Source of the DNA: Lingula anatina
Taxonomy: Eukaryota > Animalia > Brachiopoda
Assembly (NCBI GenBank): GCA_051362555.1
Contig: CM120641.1
Coordinates: forward strand, 10,044,001-10,108,000
Length of the DNA: 64,000 nucleotides
Direction: 5' to 3'
Shown: positions 12,901 to 23,623 of the stretch, piece by piece
How the letters are laid out: each line of letters starts with the position of its first letter
Numbering within the stretch: position 1 is the stretch's first letter
Notes under the pieces: generated by a model
The model's input: the letters and a program-made list of their open reading frames with translations, nothing else
What the model was told of the DNA's origin: nothing
Databases searched by the model: none
Program-made: the position numbers and the translations under genes

Positions 12901-15900
12901 GATCAATTGATGCCTTTACAAATTTCTTGAAAGAACAAACCAAGGATGTAATTATAGAGCATGCTAGTAGTGATGAATTTGACATTACAGAGGTGAGTGG
13001 TTTTTAAATTTTTTAAAACTTGCCAATTTAGAGTTGTTGAGAAAACAATATGTATATTTAATTATATAATCATGGTAGAATTTTTTCTTAGGTTGTCAGC
13101 ATTCTCATAGAATTTTTCTTCATTACACTTACATTGTTCCTAATTTGGTAAAGTGCAAGGTTGATATCTATTTTCAGGGTAAAAAACGTAGAATCCTGGG
13201 AATGTTCGAGAGCAAGGATTCTGAAAACTATATGACATTTGCAAGAGTGGCAAATGGTTTGAGGGATGACTGTGAATTCCATATTTCAGTTGGGTAAGAA
13301 GACACAAGCAATTAATCTTTCACCTTTTAACCTCAACCTTGGCAAAATTTGATGATCAGTCTCTTGCAAGACTTGAAATGCTGAAAATTGTGAAGAATAA
13401 TTTCAAGTATCTTCTCATACTCAGTTTCATTGGTTTTTAAATAGAAATGCTTAAATTTGTAAAGTGTAGTTTTAAGTGTCCTTCCATATGTTGCTTAGCA
13501 GTTATGTAAATATTAGAGGTCCTATTTATGGGGTTTTACTGTGGATGTCATTCTTTTTTTCATTTTATCACACACCATCATAAATGTACTTCCAGCTTAA
13601 AGACTATATTTTTTGTTGCATCTTGTTTTTGAATTACTCTTTCTTCTCTAATTATTTTATGTCATGCTGTTCTTTGTTCCTTTTAGGCCAGGGTCTGCTA
13701 AAGATAGGGTATCTGGGGATCTTGTCCTTTTCAGAGGACCACATGTAAGTGAAAGTAGACATTAAAATCCACCTATAAAATACACACTTGTACTTTTGAC
13801 CTCTTTGTTAAGCTTAGATTTAGTTTATTTTATCATGGCCATTTTATAGCCAAAAGTTTAAAATGTTTTCTGGTTTGCCAAGTTTATGAATGACTTAGTT
13901 TAAATTTTCCAAACGAGAGCCCATGGTTGGGAATAAATAAATGGAGTAGAGCAAAAACACTTCGTTAGCTATAAATATATATTCAATATTCTGCCACTTT
14001 AACGAAAAGGGTGTCAAATACTTAAAGTAATATGAGATCATTTCTATTAAAAATGTAAATTATTTGGTTCAGTTTGTACATCAGTTGTGTGATGTAGATT
14101 AGGTACTGTCTTTATCTTGATTCACAGTGCATATTTTAATCACAAGCTCATGTTTCAGACTAAAAATGAAGATGTTGTGTACACAGGAATGTTGAATGAT
14201 TATGAGATTTTGAAACAGTGGATAACTGATAAATGTATACCCTTGGTCAGAGAAATAACTTTTGAAAATGCTGAGGTAAGTGTTATTGTTATTAAAAATA
14301 ATTTTAATATTAAAAAATATTATGTACACATAATGTTTGTATAAAAAATTTATAATGTTTTTTTCTTAATTTCAATTTTTTAAAAATAAGGCATTTTTAA
14401 TGCATTTCTCACTTTTAGAAATATAGGTGCAACAGAGTTTTGTATTTAAGCTTTGTTTTGTTTTGTTTAAACTGCTATCTATTTCAGGTCTATTCATAAT
14501 TATTATGATTTTAAAAAATAAAATTTCAATTCATTTATTATCAATAAATTTGAATATGTATGTGGCAAACTATTGATTTATATAAGTGTGCATGTTGGTG
14601 TATGGGTCTTTTGTATCACCCTGTTCCCTTTTATAGGAATTAACAGAAGAGGGGTTGCCATTCCTAATTTTATTTCATGATCTAGATGATAAAGAAACCC
14701 CTAGAATATACCAAGAGGAAGTAGCAAAACAAATAATAAATGAAAGAAGTAAGTATATTGGTAATCATATATTACTGGGGATTTTATTTTCAGGGCACCA
14801 ATGTTCACCTAGCAGTTAGTTTTGACTGGCAGTTGATGCTACATTTTCATTTATTTATTGCCACCATCTTTCGTTGGTTGTATTTTCAGAGTATTGTAGA
14901 GGAGGGGCTTCCTCTTGTAGTTCTTTTTCATCATCAGGATGATACAGAAATTGCTAAAACATATGTGAATCAAATACATGCGCAGGTGTATGATCAGAGA
15001 TGTAAGTTTTAAATGCATGTTAGACCAGGAGACATCTATAAACTGTGATGGTCATTCTTTTGAACCAAAAGTGAAAGGTACTACTAGTTTGAGGACAAAA
15101 AAAATTGTCATCTTTGCTTGCAGGAGAAGGGGTACTAACAAACGGTTGCTTTTACTCCAGGACTCTTAATTTTTGTGATGGGCCAAAATAAACATATGCT
15201 GGCTGGGTTTTTTTAAAAGAAACCCCCAGTTTGGTTTATATGCAAGTTTGTACATCGACGGTAGTGTTATGTAAAGGGCTCTTGTAGTGTTGGATATTAC
15301 TGGACAAAAGACATATTTTCAATGAAGGTGTTGTTACTAAAGAAGCAGTTGACTTTTTGTTTGCATGATATTTGGTTTACAGGTTTTGAATGTGTTGAAT
15401 CAACATTTATTAAATCCCAACTTAGTATTTTTAATAATCACTTGAAATTTAAATTGCTTCATGTGTGAAAATTGTAATAAAATATATCATTTTAAAAAAA
15501 GTAAACAGTTATTATTATTTGTTTAAATGGACAAAGTTCACTTAAAATCAATATCTTATTCATACTTGAACTGAGTGAATTTTTAATCATTTTGCTTTCA
15601 TCTTTTTTGTTACTTCTAGATAATGTAAACTTTTTGACAGCTGATGGTAAAAAGTTTGCTCATCCACTGCATCATCTTGGAAAGAGTGACAAAGATTTGC
15701 CTGTACTTGCCATTGACAGTTTTAGGCATATGTATGTCTTTCCATATGATGTTAAAACAAGACTGACGTAAGTAGTGATACATGTGTTACAAATCATTTC
15801 CTCCTCATAGAAGCTACTGTTATTTTGTTATTTAGGTGTGGTTTTCAAATTAATTTTGCTGCAGACAAATCTTAAAAAATGGCTATGCAGTGTTTTTCAG

Positions 15901-16761
15901 TCAACACTAAGTTGGGATACACACACTTCAGATGGTAGCAACATCGGCAATGATGCTAACTTCAAGAAGATGACCACATGGCCATCAAAATTTGGAAATG
16001 CAAAGACTATTAGTTGTTGACCTAAAAAACTGCACAGGCCTTTTTCTGCAGTTGGTTAAATTCAAAATTGAAATTTAAGTAGAAATTTTAATTTCAATGC
16101 TAATACATACAACTTAATTCTTACAGTGAACCTGGTCTTTTAAAGACTTTCATAGCAGATTTACATTCTGGAAAACTCCACAGAGAATTTCACCATGGCC
16201 CAGATCCCACCCCACCGCCTCCAGTGCAAGAGCAGGTTGGTGCAACTTTGTGCACTTTGAACTTAAGATATTGTGAAAAATAGGCTAAATGTAAAGATAG
16301 CAATGCTTATGCTATTTAGGCTGTTTTATATTTAACTAATAGTTATGATGTTGAAGTTTTTTACTTTGATCTTGTAAGGATGTATCCATCTTTGTATGTT
16401 AAAATGTGATAGTCCTTTTTCTTTGTAAATTTTTGATGTCATGTTTGTTCCAAAACAATTGGTACCAAACTCTGCTTTCACCCCCCCCCCCCAATCTATC
16501 TTCACCTTTACAAAGAACACACCGCCTGTAAATTACCAAATTTTTCATGGGATTTGTTAATTTTTTTTAAATTTCCTTTAGCCATCCAGTGAAGACCAAG
16601 AAGAACAGCCAGCTAACCATGTGCCAAAAGAACCTCAACAACCAAACCAACCAGCACAGCATCAGTTTCAGCAAGAACAACCCACAGACCCACCAGAGTC
16701 CACATTCAGAAAACTTGCTCCATCTAGAAACAGATACACACTACTTAGGGATGAGCTGTAG
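9968..16761 (+). CDS. ERP44: Endoplasmic reticulum resident protein 44 (PDI family)
   Basis: Exons 9968-10024, 11144-11216, 11615-11654, 12019-12088, 12414-12456, 12808-12992, 13178-13293, 13687-13744, 14159-14275, [14637-14748 or 14890-15001], 15620-15767, 16127-16235, 16582-16761. Signal peptide, FVNFYADW-CRFS active site, KYPTLKLFRNG...REYRGQRS, PLVREITFENAEELTEEGLPFLILF, FAHPLHHLGKS, DLHSGKLHREFHHGPD and C-terminal RYTLLRDEL*. Confidence 0.97.
14637..14748 (+). CDS. ERP44: ERP44 exon 10A (canonical-like copy of the duplicated exon)
   Basis: ttatag|GAATTAACAGAAGAG...GAAAGAA|gtaagt; 112 nt; ELTEEGLPFLILFHDLDDKETPRIYQEEVAKQIINER. Confidence 0.93.
14890..15001 (+). CDS. ERP44: ERP44 exon 10B (divergent duplicate, predicted mutually exclusive with 10A)
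   Basis: ttttcag|AGTATTGTAGAGGAG...CAGAGAT|gtaagt; 112 nt, same phases as 10A; SIVEEGLPLVVLFHHQDDTEIAKTYVNQIHAQVYDQR. Confidence 0.85.
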
Positions 16762-19391
16762 ATTTATTAAAGGAGTATCAAAAGATTAGTTGTATTTTTT
16801 TTAGTGTGCATGTTTGCAATGTTAATCTCCATCTTTGTCTTTGTCACAGTCAAGTCACTTGCTTCCGTGTAAAGTGAACTGTAAGATGTGTTAGATTGCC
16901 ACCAACTGGGATAAAAACAAACAAAACAACTACCCTTCGTTGGTAGTTGGTCACTATAAGTAGCTTTGCTCAGCTATTCAGAACTGTTATTAGGGTCTAT
17001 TTTATTGCATGTACTTTTTATGAGATTACAAATTTTCTTACCTTTTGTCCAGCAGTTGTATTGAAACCTGGTCTGTATTCAAAAAGGCAGGTTAAACCAT
17101 GACATTGCCAGAAGTAATCTGGATGGCAACAAAAGGTAATAACGGCCTCTTATCAAAAGGTCCCACATAAATATTCTGTAGGTTCTTTTTTTTTTAATTT
17201 TCAAAAGTTCTATAAATGCTTGAAAATGATACAGTTGAGAAATGGCTCTAAGTGGTCTAAGTGTGACAATCCATACAACAGGCTCTTTTATGTATTGTTT
17301 ATATGAAGGTTCCAATTGGTTTGTTTGTGCACAATTCCATTGGTGATGCATGAGTTATGTTTTCTGATAATTCTGCATTTGATATCAAAAGTTAACTGGT
17401 TACTAAGATAGTATGTTTTACTGACAAAAGGGAATGCTTTATATTTTATGAAATGCCATATTTATGTGGTGACAGAAATGGGGATATTTAATCAGACTGC
17501 TGAAATATTGAGATGCATTGGTTGAAGCTTGAGACCAGGTTTTTTAAGGGGGAAATATCCCAGGGTGGTTTATCAATACAAGTGTTCAACTTTTTGAAGT
17601 TGATATATATCTGTTGTATCCCTTTTCTGAATCTTGCAGGTATTCATTTTGTCATGTTATGATTTCATTGTTTTTACTTCCATTCATTTGTCATTACTGT
17701 AGCATTTGCATAAAGTGTCTAGTTTATTTACGTACAGTTATTTGATTCTTTTTCTTGGAGATGGGGCCTATTATGATGGATTTCATAGGTATTATGACAT
17801 GAATAATATTTAAGCTTTGATGGGCACAATTGTGCTATTTAAAAACATCTTTTAAAAACATTTTGCTGTAAACAATGCAGATCTGCATTCAGATAGAAAT
17901 ATATTTCAGTATTGGGAGTTGGCAAAGACACACATCTTTGTATTTAGATACATATATTACAGAGCTGTTAAATGTAGATTTTTCATGCATTTATACAGAT
18001 TAAATTACTTAAATTAAACAGCTGTTGACAGATTGTTTTTTATGTAGTTTTTCTGTACTAATAGCCATAGCCTACATCTGGTAGTGGCATTGTCATCGTT
18101 GTTGATAAAAGGAAACCTACATCATTTATTATTCTCAAACTTACTGATATGATTCATAGGCCTAAAGTGACTAAAAAAATTATATTAGCATCAAAATTTT
18201 CTGCTTTATGTCTGTATATTTAAAAGTCTTGCTGACTTTTCCTGCATTTTTAAGGCTGACTCTGACATTATAAATATGCAGACAAAACAGTTTTATGCAA
18301 GTCACCACATTTACTTCACAATGCACAAACATGCAAAATATTTCAAATACAGAACCACTTAATTTTCACCGTAATACATCCATGGATTCAAGGAAACACG
18401 AAACAGACCTAGCCATCAGTTTTTTGTTCAAACACAAAAAAAAATACCGTTGTGGCCCAGTGTAAACTATACAATTTTCAAAGCAGACAATACTCCACTA
18501 GAATTGGACTACATATGGTAAGCATGCATGTGACATAAACCTTAAAATGACTTGTAATGAATGCTAATTACAAATGAAAAAAAATGACAATTTAAAATAA
18601 ATGAAGGAATATGGTACTGAATGTGTCCACACATAAATATTAACATAACATATGGCCAGTTGGTAACCCTTAATTGTAAACTAGAATAAAATTTGAGGAT
18701 CCACCAAATCGTACCTGATTGTTCTCTTTACAGAAAGATAAAAGGGATTCCTTCTAAAAATTCTAGAACACTAGCTGTTTACCATTGTACTGTTTTTACG
18801 TTCACATCCTTTCTGTATGAGGCAAGTTTTTATACACATTTATATTGAATAAAACACCAGTTATAGTCTATTTTAAACCCATATTGTTCTGGGATCAACA
18901 AAATATAGTCAAAACTGTTCAGTGTAGGATGTAAAATGTGGTCACTCAGTCATGTGACACATGAAGACAAAAGACCACACCTACAGTACTGAGAGGACAC
19001 ACACACCACCGACTTTGATGGAGATAGACAGAAGTACATGACTCTCTAAAATATATACTCCACAATTTATGTAAGTGTACAATGTATTTGTTTTAATTCA
19101 TAAGAATCATTATTTTATTATACTTTAGAACATATATATTATATTGTATTTTTATTTTTTATTTTTAGTGACCGGCTTTCGGCTTTCTGCTATCGGCTAT
19201 CGGCTATTGACTATTTGCTATGAGCAATTTGAATAAAGCTAACCGTGTGCAATAAGGAGTTTTATGTTTTTTTTTTATAACCCAAAACACATATGTCTAA
19301 AAATCGAAGAGATTATAAGCACCAAAGACATTCCATGTTGTTTTATATATTCAATTCCATCAATATATATCTTTTCATTTAAACCATTATG

Positions 19392-22024
19392 CTATTTGCC
19401 AGACAAGTTTAAATTGGGCATTGAATTCGAGTCCTTTTTGCTGAGATTTTGCAGTTCAGCCTCATTTGCATGGTCCTGTTTCTTCTTGATGAACTTCCCA
19501 CCTGCAAAACCTGTAAAACGGAATATATTATATTTCTGTGAGTTATTCACAGTGTTTTTATTGTGAAATATAGACCTCATACGAAGAGTTATTATCCCTT
19601 TAAACACTGGTTGTTATTTATCTCTGTGTCTATTTAGATAACATTAATTTTAAATATCTGTTCCCATTGAAAAGGTTTGATAATTTTTATCGGATAACAG
19701 TTGAGCTCAGAAATAATGAGATGTTACCGGAAGTAATTTTTAACAACAGGTTACTTTTACTCAGAATTCAGGATAAAATTATGAGCAAAAGTGACATAAT
19801 TAAGATACCTCAGTACTGGGATTTTTTCCTGAGCATGTTATGACTCACCTACAATTCCACCAACACCAGCAGCTGCCAGCCCTCCTATTTTTGCTCCTAC
19901 ATACAGCCCCACTGGACCTGCCACAACTCCACCTATAACAGCACCTGCCACTGGGACAATAGCTGCCTTGTATTTGGCAGCCTACAAACAGGTGGGGGAG
20001 GTAAAAATAACGAAGATGATGAGACAAGTTTAAACCATGTTTAAGAAGATTAATAGTTAAAAACTGGATCCAGTTTTTTTTAAACATTATTTTGACATCC
20101 CTTAACGATGATAAAAAAATAATAAAAATAATATGATGATGATGACAAGACAAGTTTAAAACATGTTTAAGAAACTTAAATGCTTAAAACTGGATCCAAT
20201 TTTCAAAACTTTATTTTGCCATGCTGTGGAAAGGTGTAGTATCTTGGCTATAATTTGTGTTGAAAGTTTTGTATCATATAAATCTGTTCACTGCGAGATT
20301 GAAAAGGTAATGAGATTTTAAAAGACAGATCTTGTATTTTTGAGTTTTAAAATGTTTTTTTAAAAGACTTCACCTTAGAGAGATTAATTGCTGCTCCTTG
20401 CACATTGCTATGAGCTTTTTCTACATTGTCTTCTATTCTGTCTACAACTTCTTGTTGACTCTATTTAAGAAAGAAAATCAGACATGGAAAAACTGTCATA
20501 AGTAAAGGAAATGTTATGGTGTACAATATTATATACAGCATTCTAAAAAGGATATTATCAGCAGACCAAAACAAATCCATTAAGATGATCAAATATTATA
20601 AAATACCTGAACTAGGTCAGCAAACTCATGGATCATAGTATTCAATTCTAATAGACTCTGAAAGAAAATAAACATCCAACATAAGTAAATTAAAGACAAC
20701 TGAAATTTTTCACCATTAAAAATATTTTTATACATTCAAGTATGTATGATGTTGAGTCATAAAGGAAGTAACAAAAAGTGATCAACAGAAACATGTAAAA
20801 AAGGTACTGATAAGCTGTTAAAATTCAAAATAAATGCTTTAAATTATAGCAAGTACCTCTTTCAAGTTATCTAATGACTGAGCAGCATCTGTGTTATCTG
20901 GAACGGTTTGGGTTAACTGCTGTTGTAAGTAACTGTCTGTGGGAAGGCTGCAGGACACAGGATTCTGATCTAAATAAAAAGGGATTTTATTTTAAAAATT
21001 GTACGTAAGCAGAACATATGACATCCATCAATGTATGAATTGTATAGATCTGTCAAATTCTATATCAAAGACAAGGAGATAATATGAGAGGTAGAAATCA
21101 TTTCAACTGTTGTGGGCTGAGTGAATATATACTAAACTGTGTGTGGATAGGAGGAGGCATGATAATGATGATGCAATTTTCCAAGCAGGCCAACATACTC
21201 ACATGTTCCAGTATCATGATCGCAGGCCAGGGGATGAGGCAAAGCACCACTGTCTTTCGCAATACTTTCATCTTCAGCAGGGACTGGCACATGATATGAA
21301 TGTCCATAAACCTCTAGGAATTCTTTTACCTGTGATAAAGCCTTTTCTTTAATTTCAGTTACTTTGGTGTTAAATTGAACAACTTCATCATCCTCTACTT
21401 GGTGTCGAGTTTTCTCAAGCTCTCGAATATTAGCTTTCAATTGCTGTATTGTCCTTGTAGCATTAATCTGTTCTTTGTTGAGGTTTTCCCATTCTCGTAG
21501 TCTTTGAAACTGGAAATAAACAATACCTTGTGTGTTCAATTAATTCCTTATTAACATTCAAAAATACTCAGCATATTTTACTATACTGCACATTCAGAAA
21601 TAGCCTATATGTTTCACTAATTTACAAATGTAGTTTTGTCTTCACTCCACATGGAGTATGAGCGGAGGCACAGAACTCTCCACCTCTTGACTTAAACTGG
21701 TGTGAACTATTATCAAATTGTATAAATTTTGACTTAAGTAAAATGTAGTTTTAGGTTTTAGCTTAATCTTTAAGCTACAGGTGTGATGACAATAAAAACA
21801 GAAATATATGAAAACAATAATCCCACAAAATGAGTATAAGAACAGATTTTTTATACCAATAAAAATACCTTTAGAAGATTTCTCTGATGTCTGTCAAGTC
21901 TTTCTAGATCTATCTCTAAAACTTTGATAAACTTCTGGATGCTTGGCTCCAAGCGACGAATTGGATATTTCTGATAATTACATGGTTTACTGCCTTTATT
22001 CACTGCTTCTTCAAAACTTGCCAT
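19392..22024 (-). CDS. STX17: Syntaxin-17 (autophagosomal Qa-SNARE)
   Basis: Exons 22024-21869, 21509-21203, 20969-20857, 20657-20607, 20460-20374, 19981-19849, 19510-19392. IRRLEPSIQKFIKV, EQINATRTIQQLKANIRELEK, SNARE motif SQQEVVDRIEDNVEKAHSNVQ, AAKYK and a Gly-zipper hairpin TM (PVAGAVIGGVVAGPVGLYVGAKIGGLAAAGVGGIVGFAGGKFIKKK). Confidence 0.95.
20012..20205. repeat. Local ~125-bp tandem duplication in an STX17 intron
   Basis: GATGATG..ACAAGTT(T)AAA..ATGTTTAAGAA...TTAAAACTGGATCCA occurs twice, at about 20015 and 20138. Confidence 0.7.
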
Positions 22025-22584
22025 TCTTACTGTCACCTGGACTCAAACATGGTTCCTGCAATGTGAATGAAAATATGTATTATTAAAATGCTCAGGAGTT
22101 TCTCAGCATTTTCAATCCAAGATAAGAAGCATTCACTTTTGATGATTTTTGAGTTTGGGACTGTGCAGTATCCCCCCCCCCCCCTCCCCCATCACCACCT
22201 GTATTATCCGGTGGCAATGATCAATGTCTGCATGTACATCAGAAAATTTACTTAGTTTAATGAGTTTATACTAAGACATCAAATAATTAGTAAGTAAACT
22301 ACAAAACTAATTTACCTCAATAGCAGGGGCGCTGATCAATGTGAACACATATTTCAATTTTGAAAATATTGTTTGCATGTGTGTGGGGGAGGGTGCAAAA
22401 GTACCAATATTTTATTACCCCCCCCCCCCCCCCCCGGATTCCTCACAACATATGATACATAGGTTGAAGAGCAGATAATGCAACATAAGAAGATTCCATC
22501 AACGCTGAGTTTAATTCACAGCTTGCTGGTTCATTTTTGCAGTATCAATTTAATTCCGACTCACAGATTAGATTTAAGTCTTAC

Positions 22585-22640
22585 AAGAACTCAACTTCCT
22601 GTCGAGTCAGCGCCAATGAAAACAGAAGTACGCAGTCATT
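22585..22640 (-). promoter_or_regulatory. Probable non-coding first exon / TSS region of STX17
   Basis: Minus strand: ETS-like CAGGAAGT (22594-22601) followed by donor-like TT|GTAAGAC at 22584. The acceptor of the ATG exon is at 22055. Confidence 0.4.
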
Positions 22641-23570
22641 ATAATAAAATAGGATTGCAACATTTAAAAAAGATAGCTTAATTCTACATGGGATATTGCC
22701 TACGATTTATAGATAATAATAAGCTAATGGCCGAGAATAATCCCTTTACTTACCAAGAGCGTCAACAAAACTACTCTTTTGAAAATGAAGAGCGGAAAAA
22801 AGAACCAGACCAACCACAATGCATATATATATATAATAATTAAAATTCTTTTAATAAACAATAATTTTTAAGTATTAACACGGTTACTTCTTTTTATTAA
22901 AAAAAAATGCCTTCATAAACAGGCGGACAAAGCTGCCGCGGTGCGCGCGTGCACTATGGTATATACCGGAAATACAGCAGAGGACACAACGTACTGTACA
23001 GTACATGTACAGGTGTGTCACCGTGTGTGACGGCAAATAATTAATACATTCGTTATACACATACAAACATTTATTGTATGTATAAATTTAAAATCAAATT
23101 TCATAAAATTCACGAAAAAGATGCTTTGAAATCGCCATTTGCCCTACTGTGGTACTGTGGCAAAACACATTCATTTTGTAAGATTTTACCGTGACATGAT
23201 TTTAACGGTTTCCCAGTATCCGCTATATATAAGTAGTACGTGGTTCTAGGATAACCCCCCCCGGACAATTTCCCCCAAAACACCCCCCCCCCCCCCCGAC
23301 AACGACCCCCTTCCCGGAGAATAAATGCCATATGGTTTATCTATTTGAGGCATTTATCGGTAATTTTTTTGAAAATTTTACTGAATACACAGCACATGTA
23401 GGCCTAGGTACAATGTACTAGGTATCAGTAAACAATATTTCATTTATTCTGAGCAGAAATGAAATATTTATCCTTTTCACAATACCAGTCAAGCAGTCAA
23501 AACAGAATCGGGGAGACACCGGTACTGGCAAGACGTTTAGATTTTCTGTATTGCTTGTAATTTGAACATA

Positions 23571-23623
23571 ATTACCTCCACCCTTGGCGGAGGTCTGCGC
23601 TCTCGGAGTGCTTTTCTAGTTTT
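23571..23623 (-). mobile_element. Minimal (~53 bp) internally deleted copy of the HINE family seen at 2998
   Basis: Reverse complement AAACTAGAAAAGCACTCCGAGAGCGCAGACCTCCGCCAAGGGTGGAGGTAAT; the 5' end is joined directly to a terminal hairpin. Confidence 0.65.

Noticed and set aside
19167-19260. (CGGCTAT)n-like repeat in the STX17 3' region
   Set aside because: Probably a small repeat-element fragment; ends cannot be defined, so it is not annotated.
21329-21335. Alternative STX17 donor CAG|GTAAAA
   Set aside because: It ends in phase 0 while the next exon (20969) needs phase 1; the donor at 21203 fits.
23240-23330. C-rich GGACAA...CCCC repeats as a G-quadruplex or regulatory element
   Set aside because: Resembles a common MITE terminus fragment; no partner end found and no independent support.
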